From assembly GCA_045651365.1 (NCBI GenBank), contig JAZRSF010000010.1, positions 83,324 to 147,323 on the forward strand: a stretch of DNA of 64,000 nucleotides, in the 5' to 3' direction. This document shows positions 30,376 to 38,540 of the stretch, one piece after another. The DNA is from Christensenellaceae bacterium. Its GTDB lineage: Bacteria > Bacillota > Clostridia > Christensenellales > Borkfalkiaceae. A program made the position numbers and the translations under genes. Under the pieces are notes generated by a model. It searched no databases and was not told the DNA's origin. It saw only the letters and a program-made list of their open reading frames with translations. The first letter of the stretch is position 1; the number at the start of each line of letters is the position of its first letter.

Positions 30376-31848
30376 ATGAAATTTCTCTTGAATTTTTTAT
30401 TCTTTTGCGATATAATAATTAATATGCAAAACGCAAGTAACATAAAAACGTCAAAATGGTTTGATAAAAACAAAGTTTTTGACTGCATAGACGAATTCTT
30501 TTACGGATACGCTTACCCCGTTATTTTAGCTTTCATAACGGTTTTTTGCTACGTTTTGAAACTTCAACTTGGTGGAATCGCCTTGTTTTTTATACTTGGT
30601 AGCTACTTGCTAGTTACTCATAGAGATGCAACGCCAATACTGCCTATATTAATGTTCTTTATCTTTTTAATACGGGATATTTCAGTTACGGGAAGTTTGG
30701 TTTTTTATTTAATGGTTATTCCACCTGCAATATGTTTAATAATACATTTTGTTAGATTCCCATTAAAGCATTTCAACTTTGGAAGATTGTTTTTACCACT
30801 GTGTTTTATAATAACGGCGTTATTTTTAGGTGGACTATTATCCCCTTACGTATCGGCTTACAAAGAAGGTCTTTTATACACCATTCCGTTAGGACCTGTT
30901 TTGCTTACTATATACCTTTACTTTGCCAATTATATTGAATATCCGGAAGATTTCGATATAAAACATTATTTTGCATTCCTACTCTGTTTGGTTGGATTTA
31001 TCGCTTGTTTTGAATTTTTATATTATTATCATAACTTTATAGTGCTTGAAAACAACGTGTTTTCAAACAGCGAACTTGGTTGTGGAAACGTTAATATGAT
31101 TGGAACGGTGCTACTTATAGCAATTCCAGCCGTATGTTATCTAGGTGTTAAATCTAACAATATATATCCTTACGTAATAACCGTTTTAGCATTTTATTTT
31201 ATAATCTATAAAACGGGAAGTGACGGCAGTTTAGGCGTTGCCGTAGCCTTCTTGCCTATTTTGGCATTATTAGTGTTTATGAGAACTAAAGGCAAAAACC
31301 ATAATCGATTTACTCTAGTTGTGTTCCTTGCGATTTCGGGTGCAATTTGCCTTGGTCTTGTAATAATTTTCAAAGACAAAACATATCTTATAACCGATTT
31401 AATTGATAAGGCTAAAAATAGCGATTCGGGAAGAACCGACCTTTACCTTGACGCCGTTAGAATATTTTTAGAAAACCCATTGTTTGGCGCAGGGTTCGGC
31501 TATCATAACCACCAACTTTACGCTCCAACAGGCGCAGGTGGTTTAAGATTATATAATTCTCACTCTACGCTATTCCAAGTTATGGGAAGTTTAGGTTTAG
31601 TTGGTCTTGGCGCATACACCTATTACTTTTATAGCCGTTTTGCCGTATTTATGCAAAACAACAAAGACTTTAACACCTTTGCCTGCGCATCATTTATTAT
31701 GTGTTCTTGCTACGGTTTTGTAGACACTGTAGAATTTTCTACTATACCAACTATGATACTTTTAACCTTTTTGGTTTTGATTACTGAATTTAACAACGCC
31801 GAAGAATACTACGAATTCCCAATATATAGAAAATACGCTAAAATATAA
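30376..31848 (+). CDS. O-antigen ligase / Wzy_C family polytopic membrane protein
   Basis: About 12 TM segments, with a loop RTDLYLDAVRIFLENPLFGAGFGYHN and NSHSTLFQVMGSLGLVG typical of Wzy_C. The start is uncertain (ATG 30376 or ATG 30424); neither has a clear SD. Confidence 0.7.
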   Translation: MKFLLNFLFFCDIIINMQNASNIKTSKWFDKNKVFDCIDEFFYGYAYPVILAFITVFCYVLKLQLGGIALFFILGSYLLVTHRDATPILPILMFFIFLIRDISVTGSLVFYLMVIPPAICLIIHFVRFPLKHFNFGRLFLPLCFIITALFLGGLLSPYVSAYKEGLLYTIPLGPVLLTIYLYFANYIEYPEDFDIKHYFAFLLCLVGFIACFEFLYYYHNFIVLENNVFSNSELGCGNVNMIGTVLLIAIPAVCYLGVKSNNIYPYVITVLAFYFIIYKTGSDGSLGVAVAFLPILALLVFMRTKGKNHNRFTLVVFLAISGAICLGLVIIFKDKTYLITDLIDKAKNSDSGRTDLYLDAVRIFLENPLFGAGFGYHNHQLYAPTGAGGLRLYNSHSTLFQVMGSLGLVGLGAYTYYFYSRFAVFMQNNKDFNTFACASFIMCSCYGFVDTVEFSTIPTMILLTFLVLITEFNNAEEYYEFPIYRKYAKI

Positions 31849-31862
31849 AAATTAATAAAACT

Positions 31863-31892
31863 AAAAGGTGAGTGCTTTTGCACTCACCTTTT
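31863..31892. terminator. Bidirectional terminator between convergent genes
   Basis: 13-bp stem aaaaggtgagtgc / gcactcacctttt with loop tttt. A-runs and T-runs flank it. Confidence 0.75.
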
Positions 31893-31907
31893 TATTTTGC
31901 AATTAAA

Positions 31908-33425
31908 TTATTTTTCAACGGTTACTAGGTAAGAGCCGTTTGCAGTAAGAGTTAAATCGAAAGAGTTGCTATCAGCAACGAATTGCTTAACTGGTTTTAA
32001 TCTTCCCTCTTCTCTTAATTCTTCTAATTGTTCTTTGGTCAAATCGTAATCCCAACCCTTTCTTTGGAACATTCTGCAAGGGTTAGTGGTATCTCTATCG
32101 ATAGCCCAAATAGTAACGTTCTTGCCCTTAATATCTTCGTCAAAAGAAAGAGTTTCAATCTTATCTTCTAGGCTTTCGTCGAAATATGTTTCCGAATAGG
32201 TAAACAATAGCGCGTAATCGCCGTTGTCTTGTTTTGTTGGAACCATTGAGATATATTGGTTATCGGTGTTGAACGCTAAAAGATTTTCGCCAAGCTTGCT
32301 TCCTAAAATGTAAGCGTTATAAATAGGCTTATTGATAAAGTTTTTGGTAAGGAAAGTTCTGTTACCAGAGAAATCGAATTTTTGTCTATCTTGACCTGAT
32401 AAACAAATGAGCATACGTCTTAACTTATTGCCACGATTAATGTGTTCATAAATAAGTTTTACATAGTAAGACGAGAACCATTCGTTTTCTCTATAAATAA
32501 GTTTAGGACATTCGGTAATAGAACGAACACCTTCGGTGCCTGCACCCCATTCGTCTACGATTAGAGGAACGTCTTCTAATTGTTTTTCTTTAATAACAGC
32601 AAAACGGTTATCGTAAACGTTAATGGTGTTCATTACGTTAACCCTGCCCCATGGAACGTTGTCGTTTAAAGGCTTTGGACCGGTGCCGTATGTATGAATA
32701 GAAATAAAGTCAAGACCAAGTTTGTTTTCCTTAACGTAATCTAGCCAACTTCCAAAGAAATTCAAATCGCCGGCTAGTGCGCAACCACCTACTTGATAGT
32801 CTTTACAAACGCTCTTAATAGCACGTTGGAAACCAAAGTATAATTTATTGTAGTGGCCTGCTCTTTCTTCTGCTCTTTGCTTTGAATATCTCCAATCGTC
32901 GTCTGGTGGATAATCGCCTAGGAAGAAACTACAACAGTCTGGCTCGTTATAGCATTGGAAGAACCACTTACTAACTCTCTCTGCGCCGTATCTTTCGGTT
33001 AAGTGCTTGGTATATTCGTAGCAAATCTCTTCCCATTTATCGTAATTTGCAGGAGTTGATAGGTTAATTACCTTATTTTTATATCTAATTTTTTTGCCTA
33101 ACGCCAAATAGTATGACATAGGACGCTCTGCAACTGCATCAGGAATGTAGCAAAAGGTGCAAAGAATATCAAAACCTTTTTCGATAAGGTAGTCCATTCT
33201 AAGGTCGTTAATACGGAAGTCGTATAACAATTCGCCGTTATCCCCTTGATAAACGATATCTTCAAACATGGTGTAAAAACGAATCATTTTTACAGCGCCG
33301 TCTGCCGAATATTTGTCAATAAGTTTTTTACCCCAAGCGTCTTCAATAGCGTCAGTTGGGTGGAAGTGTGCGTGATTCCAGAAGTTTTCTTGCTTTTTAA
33401 TGGTTTCTTTGCCAATATTAATCAT
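31908..33425 (-). CDS. Glycoside hydrolase family 39-like
   Basis: 505 aa with no signal peptide. The segments RYGAERVSKWFFQCYNEPD, VGGCALAG, DFISIHTYG and LIVDEWGAG line up with remembered GH39 beta-xylosidase blocks (RYGIEEVLKWPFEIWNEPN, VGGPAICG, DFVSRHAY, HITEYNTS). Confidence 0.65.
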   Translation of the reverse strand: MINIGKETIKKQENFWNHAHFHPTDAIEDAWGKKLIDKYSADGAVKMIRFYTMFEDIVYQGDNGELLYDFRINDLRMDYLIEKGFDILCTFCYIPDAVAERPMSYYLALGKKIRYKNKVINLSTPANYDKWEEICYEYTKHLTERYGAERVSKWFFQCYNEPDCCSFFLGDYPPDDDWRYSKQRAEERAGHYNKLYFGFQRAIKSVCKDYQVGGCALAGDLNFFGSWLDYVKENKLGLDFISIHTYGTGPKPLNDNVPWGRVNVMNTINVYDNRFAVIKEKQLEDVPLIVDEWGAGTEGVRSITECPKLIYRENEWFSSYYVKLIYEHINRGNKLRRMLICLSGQDRQKFDFSGNRTFLTKNFINKPIYNAYILGSKLGENLLAFNTDNQYISMVPTKQDNGDYALLFTYSETYFDESLEDKIETLSFDEDIKGKNVTIWAIDRDTTNPCRMFQRKGWDYDLTKEQLEELREEGRLKPVKQFVADSNSFDLTLTANGSYLVTVEK

Positions 33426-33442
33426 AATCTATCTCCTTACGA

Positions 33443-34399
33443 TTATTTTTTGTTTAATTCACAGGCTTGCAATATACCTTTTAGGTAGCCTATTGCAAAA
33501 AGTCTTCCCATAGCGTCGTAACCTGCAACTTGAGATTTTTCGCCTGCGTAAGTTGGAACGTGGTCTACCCTAATAGGAACGTCTACGCCGTTTTCGATAT
33601 AGATATTCATAAGTTTAGCCATATCAATATCGCCGTTATCGTGGAAGGTTTCTCTAAAGCCGTTTGGAGTTCTAGTAGTATTTCTAAAGTGAACGAAGAA
33701 TATCTTTTTAGCAAATTCCTTAATTACCGATTCTAGGTCTTCGCCCATTATATGGAAGTTTGCTTGACACATACAAAGCCCTAGATTATCGCTTTTAACG
33801 ATATCGTAAACTGCCTTTCTAATGTTTTCACGGTTAATCATAATTCTTCCCACGTCGCCTAGGTTTGGAACAGGTGGGTCGTCTGGGTGAAGAGCAAGTT
33901 TAACACCATATTTTTCGGCGTGTGGAATAACTGCTTTAATGAAATATTCGTAGTTATACCAAAGTTCTTCTGCCGTAATTTTTGCGTTAGTAGGCTTAAA
34001 GTCCTTCATACTAAACTCGGTAACCATTGCGCCCCCACGTTCTGGGAAAGTAGAAGAGGTGCGTAGCCAACCGATATGCGCCATAAAGTTAAAGCAAATT
34101 CCTTCTATGCCAAGTTCTTGCATAATAGGAAACATATTAATAACTTTTTCTATGCACTCGTCTCTCTTTTCGTCGCCAGCCTTAATGTGGTCGTGAAGTT
34201 CGTTTGGCATTGGCTCGATTAGAAGTGGCGTAATGCCGTAATCGGTAAATCTTTTATGAACTTCTCTCCAATGAGAGTAGTTTGTAATATCAAAAGATGG
34301 GTCTTCAGGAAGTCTTATTACACCTTTATTTACCCCTGATTGAAGGGCAAAATCCCAAGTAGCATCTTTTTGACTTCTAAAATAATCTGTTAAAATCAT
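33443..34399 (-). CDS. uxuA: Mannonate dehydratase
   Basis: 318 aa. ICFNFMAHIGWLRT, LALHPDDPPVPNLG, IFFVHFRNT, HDNGDIDMAKLM, PIRVDHVP and GYDAMGRLFAIGYLKG parallel UxuA blocks. Confidence 0.85.
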   Translation of the reverse strand: MILTDYFRSQKDATWDFALQSGVNKGVIRLPEDPSFDITNYSHWREVHKRFTDYGITPLLIEPMPNELHDHIKAGDEKRDECIEKVINMFPIMQELGIEGICFNFMAHIGWLRTSSTFPERGGAMVTEFSMKDFKPTNAKITAEELWYNYEYFIKAVIPHAEKYGVKLALHPDDPPVPNLGDVGRIMINRENIRKAVYDIVKSDNLGLCMCQANFHIMGEDLESVIKEFAKKIFFVHFRNTTRTPNGFRETFHDNGDIDMAKLMNIYIENGVDVPIRVDHVPTYAGEKSQVAGYDAMGRLFAIGYLKGILQACELNKK

Positions 34400-34417
34400 T
34401 TTTCCTCCTAACTAGGC

Positions 34418-35266
34418 TTATACACCACCTAGGGTTAAGAATCCACCGTCAACCGGAATAGTGATACCAGTAACGAAAGAAGATTGTTCTTCGTTTAATA
34501 ACCATTTAGCACAACCAACAAGGTCTTTAGCCTCGCCAAATCTACCCATTGGGGTATGACCGATAACCTTTTGTCCTCTTGCAGTTAAGCCTTCTTCAAC
34601 CGTGCCAAGATAAGTTTTGCTACGTTCGTTAACCATAAATCCTGGGGCGATTGCGTTAATTCTAATGTTTGCAGGTGCGTAATATGCTGCAAAAGATTGG
34701 GTTAAGTTGCTAATAGCCGCTTTACTCATAGCGTAAGCAAAACAACGAGTAAGTGGGCAGTAACTATTCATAGATGCAAAGTTGATAACGCTACCACCAC
34801 CAACTTTAACCATTTGTTTAGCAAATTCCATAGTTGGGATAACAGTTCCCATAGTGTTTATGTTAAGAACGCTTTCAAAAGCCTCTAGGTCGATATCGTA
34901 TAGACCTTTGGTGCCTTCTGGAAGAGTGCCTTCTAATTCACGTGGGTCGAACTCGGTTATGCTTGGCATAGCCTTAACGTTGTTTCCACCAGCACCGTTA
35001 ACTAGGAAATTACATGGACCTGCAGTTTCTTCAACGAATTTAGCAAGTTCAGCAATAGCCACTTTATCGGTAACGTCTGCAGCGTAGGTTTTAGCCCAAC
35101 CACCGTTTGCGATAATTTCTTCGGCAACTTTTACAAGTTTGTCTTCCGTTCTACCAACTAGGAAAACTTTAACGCCGTCTTTAGCAAGTTCTCTTGCGAT
35201 TTCAGAGCAAAGAGTTCCACCTGCGCCTGTAACAACTGCAACTTTATCTTTTAAATAATTTGACAT
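34418..35266 (-). CDS. SDR-family oxidoreductase (UxuB/YjmF-like, probable mannonate/fructuronate oxidoreductase)
   Basis: 282 aa with a VTGAGGTLC Rossmann motif, NGAG and the catalytic YAMSKAA (YxxxK). Substrate is inferred from its position between uxuA and uxaC. Confidence 0.7.
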   Translation of the reverse strand: MSNYLKDKVAVVTGAGGTLCSEIARELAKDGVKVFLVGRTEDKLVKVAEEIIANGGWAKTYAADVTDKVAIAELAKFVEETAGPCNFLVNGAGGNNVKAMPSITEFDPRELEGTLPEGTKGLYDIDLEAFESVLNINTMGTVIPTMEFAKQMVKVGGGSVINFASMNSYCPLTRCFAYAMSKAAISNLTQSFAAYYAPANIRINAIAPGFMVNERSKTYLGTVEEGLTARGQKVIGHTPMGRFGEAKDLVGCAKWLLNEEQSSFVTGITIPVDGGFLTLGGV

Positions 35267-35278
35267 AATTTTAACTCC

Positions 35279-36187
35279 TTATAGTGAAGATTGTGTATCG
35301 TTAGGGTCGCCGTTAATAGCAAGGTCATATTCTAAAGACCAGTCTAAATCTCTATAATCGATAGCCCTATCGTCGTTTTTAATGAAGTCCATAAGTAGGT
35401 CTAACATTTCAACCGTCCAAGTATTTCTGTCTATTTGAGCCGTAGTGAATTTGTTTTGAGAAATCATTTCAAAACCGAACATGTCCTTAACTTGCGTTTT
35501 TGCAGCACCACCAACAACTTCTTCTACTAGATGGCTAGGAATGAATAGGACGCCACCACCTGCGCCGAATACTACGTCGCCAGGAAGACATACTGCGTTA
35601 CCGATTCTAGTAACTGTGTTGTATCCCGTCATAATGAATTCTCTTATAGGAGTTGGGTCGATACCACGATAGTAAACTTGAGTGTTTTCGATTTTAACCA
35701 TTTGCTCGGTATCACGAACACCACCCCAAACTACTGCACCACCGTTAGGGTTTTTGGTTTTGTTCTTTAAAGCAGTGGTTAGATTACCACCAAGGAATGT
35801 TCCCTTGTAAATTTTATCATACATATCGATAACAGGAACGTCGTATTCCATAAGGTTATCTATTACCCATTGGTTGTAAGTTCCCGTTCTGCCTTCTTCC
35901 TTGCCCGTAGCTTTAACAACAGCGTCTAAGTCAGGTCTAAACGGGCAGTAGGTAGCAGTAACTGCTCTACCGATAAGTTTTCTGCCGTCGTTATGTAAGG
36001 TTTGAAGTCTACCTTCGAATTGGCTTTCGTAACCCTTGATAAAGATAGGTTTCCAAACTTCTTCTAGAGTTAGGTTTTTAAGGGCCTTAAGGTATTTTTC
36101 GTCTACCTTTGGTCTGCCGTCAGGAAGTCTTTCTCCCTTCCATTCTGGGGTTAAAGCGATAATATCTTCTTTTACGTTAAATCTCAT
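35279..36187 (-). CDS. RraA-family (class II aldolase/decarboxylase-like) protein with N-terminal extension
   Basis: 302 aa. GRAVTATY...VIDMYDK...FLGGNLTTAL...GAVVWGGVRDTEQM...IGNAVCLPGDVVFGAGGGVLFIPSHLVEEV follows the RraA/HMG-aldolase fold pattern. Confidence 0.55.
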   Translation of the reverse strand: MRFNVKEDIIALTPEWKGERLPDGRPKVDEKYLKALKNLTLEEVWKPIFIKGYESQFEGRLQTLHNDGRKLIGRAVTATYCPFRPDLDAVVKATGKEEGRTGTYNQWVIDNLMEYDVPVIDMYDKIYKGTFLGGNLTTALKNKTKNPNGGAVVWGGVRDTEQMVKIENTQVYYRGIDPTPIREFIMTGYNTVTRIGNAVCLPGDVVFGAGGGVLFIPSHLVEEVVGGAAKTQVKDMFGFEMISQNKFTTAQIDRNTWTVEMLDLLMDFIKNDDRAIDYRDLDWSLEYDLAINGDPNDTQSSL

Positions 36188-36189
36188 AA

Positions 36190-37542
36190 CTATTTCTCCA
36201 TTATTATATTTTTAGCGTTTTGATAACACATTTTTTCGATTATTGGTTTATAAAGTTCCTTGTCTTCTGGAAGTTCGCCTTTAGCAACCTTGTCGCCTAT
36301 CCATTTGCAAAGTGCTCTTCTAAAGTAATCGTGTCTTGAAAAGGATAGTAAACTTCTTGAGTCGGTAGTCATTCCTACAAAGGTAGATAACACGCTGAAT
36401 ACTGCAAAATTATCTAACATTTCGTTTATTCCTTGAAGATGGTCGCACCACCACCAAGCAGGGCCTTGAGTTACTAGTGCGCTTACGCCGTCTTTTGAAT
36501 AAGAGCCACTAAGTATTGCCATAACGGCGTTGTCGCTTGGGTTAAGGGTAAACAGAATTATTCTTGGAAGACCTGCCCTTTGCTCTACGTCGTCGAATAG
36601 GTTGGTAAGCGACTTAACGTCAACCGTGCTACCAATGCCTGCATATCCACCAGCCTTACCTGCAAGGTTTTTAAGTCTCGTGCTAGTTTGTCTTTGAGCG
36701 CCCACGTGAAGTTGCACCACCATGTTTTTGCTAACGTATATAGCGAATAACTCTCTTAAAACGTAGCAAGAAATTTGAACTTTATCTTGGCTAGACAACT
36801 CTTCGCCATTTAGAAGTTTAGCAAATCTTTGAGCGTTCAAGCCGTCGTCTTTAACATAGATAAAGCCGTTATCTAAAGCGTGGTCGCTAAACTTACAGCC
36901 TACGTTATGAAAGTCGTCAATTCTCTTTGCTAGAGCCGAGATATATCCGTTAAGGTCTACTATTTCTTGACCGATTATTGAAGAAAGTTTTTTTATTAGG
37001 TCAAGTGTAGGAATTAACATATCGTCGCCACGAAGAGAAGGCACGCAGTCTGGTGTAGTAAAGAAAGATAAGTCGTCTAAAATGCCTTGGCAAGGCGCAG
37101 AATATTCTACGTTAAATAACTTTAATAGATAGTTTGCGCTAATGCCTTTTTCTTTAATAACTTCGTTTGCCTTGTCGAAAATGGCTTTTGCGTTTTCTTC
37201 GCTTGGCATTAAGTCAATATCGAAAACTCTCTTAAGTTCGATTAGCGACCAATCGAACACGGGTGTTCCCACAAGTGATGGAAAGATTTTACACCAAGCA
37301 AAAAACTTTTCGTAGTTGGTTGCTCCACCGGTTATAAGTTCTTCATTCACGCCACAAATACGCATTAACCTATGCTTATAAGGGTCTGCTTTTACCCAAA
37401 GTTCGCAAATATCGGTAAACGGAGTGTCGTTTAAGGTATTAATTGAAAGATGGTTGTGATAATCGATTACAGGCAAATCTTTTGCATAGTCGTAATACAA
37501 CTGCTTTGCAAATTGGTTATTAAGAAAATAATCTTTCTGCAT
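36190..37542 (-). CDS. uxaC: Glucuronate isomerase
   Basis: 450 aa with YDYAKDLPVIDYHNHL and ADPYKHRLMRICGVNEELITG, typical of UxaC. Confidence 0.9.
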   Translation of the reverse strand: MQKDYFLNNQFAKQLYYDYAKDLPVIDYHNHLSINTLNDTPFTDICELWVKADPYKHRLMRICGVNEELITGGATNYEKFFAWCKIFPSLVGTPVFDWSLIELKRVFDIDLMPSEENAKAIFDKANEVIKEKGISANYLLKLFNVEYSAPCQGILDDLSFFTTPDCVPSLRGDDMLIPTLDLIKKLSSIIGQEIVDLNGYISALAKRIDDFHNVGCKFSDHALDNGFIYVKDDGLNAQRFAKLLNGEELSSQDKVQISCYVLRELFAIYVSKNMVVQLHVGAQRQTSTRLKNLAGKAGGYAGIGSTVDVKSLTNLFDDVEQRAGLPRIILFTLNPSDNAVMAILSGSYSKDGVSALVTQGPAWWWCDHLQGINEMLDNFAVFSVLSTFVGMTTDSRSLLSFSRHDYFRRALCKWIGDKVAKGELPEDKELYKPIIEKMCYQNAKNIIMEK

Positions 37543-37553
37543 TTTTACCCTCC

Positions 37554-38324
37554 CTATTTATGTTTTTTAGATAGATAAGTTTTTGGAGAAATTCCAAAAA
37601 ACTTCTTAAATGCGTTTGAAAAATAATGCACGTTGTTAAAGCCACAAAGGTTAGCCGTTTCCGAAACGTTATAAAGTCCCGATTTCAAGAGGTCTTCTGC
37701 TCTATTTAATCTAAACTCGTTAAGGAATTTCATAGGCGAAGTTTTAGTCTTTTGAAAAAACTTAAACTTAAAGTGGGATAAGCTACAGCCAGAAACCTCG
37801 GCAATCTCTAAAAGAGAAATTTTGTTCATATAGTTAGATTTAATATAATCTAGCGCCTTATCAATTTCGTCGAAAGTAGAAACGTTTTTCTCGTTAAAGC
37901 TTATAGTTTTATGAACGGCGTTAAAAATTAAAGATTTTGCTTTAATTATAAAAAGGTCATCTTGAAACTCATACATATCGTATGCCGTAGAAAATTCGCT
38001 AATTAGATTTTCATTATGAGCCACCAAGAGTGGAGATTTAAGCCAAGAAAAATCGCCACCTGCCAAAAAACTAACGGTTATAAAATTATAATCTTCCTCG
38101 CTTAGCACTTCAGCTACGTAATCACTCTTAGGTTTAATAAAAACTAAGTCGCCCGTTTTTAGTTTCGTAGTGCCGTCGTTAAAATAAAACGCAACTTCCC
38201 CAGAGAGAACGTAAAGCAATCTATAAGAATAATCGTTAGAAATGGAATACCTATCTTTACAACGATAACTTCTTTTAACGATATAATCTATCTTTTCAAT
38301 ATTGAAGTCAAAAACTTTACTCAT
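37554..38324 (-). CDS. AraC family transcriptional regulator
   Basis: 256 aa. An N-terminal cupin-like sensor is followed by a C-terminal double HTH (LLEIAEVSGCSLSHFKFKF...NVHYFSNAFKKFFGISPKTY). Confidence 0.9.
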   Translation of the reverse strand: MSKVFDFNIEKIDYIVKRSYRCKDRYSISNDYSYRLLYVLSGEVAFYFNDGTTKLKTGDLVFIKPKSDYVAEVLSEEDYNFITVSFLAGGDFSWLKSPLLVAHNENLISEFSTAYDMYEFQDDLFIIKAKSLIFNAVHKTISFNEKNVSTFDEIDKALDYIKSNYMNKISLLEIAEVSGCSLSHFKFKFFQKTKTSPMKFLNEFRLNRAEDLLKSGLYNVSETANLCGFNNVHYFSNAFKKFFGISPKTYLSKKHK

Positions 38325-38494
38325 TTCAGCACCTTGAATTTATTATACAATAGTAGAAAAAAGTATGCAACTATAAAAGCGTTAAATCGGCTTATTTTAT
38401 AAATTTTCGTCTATTTTCAACCATTTTTGGCTTTTTTATAGGCAAAAAAAGTAAATTCACGCTTTAACGAGATAAAAAAATAGTTAAATATAAA

Positions 38495-38520
38495 AAAGGT
38501 TAGACAATCGCCTAACCTTT
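38495..38520 (-). terminator. Terminator after the LRR lipoprotein gene
   Basis: Stem aaaggttag / ctaaccttt. A U-run follows on the minus strand (TTTTTATATTT). Confidence 0.65.
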
Positions 38521-38540
38521 TAGATTATCATTTATCGCTT

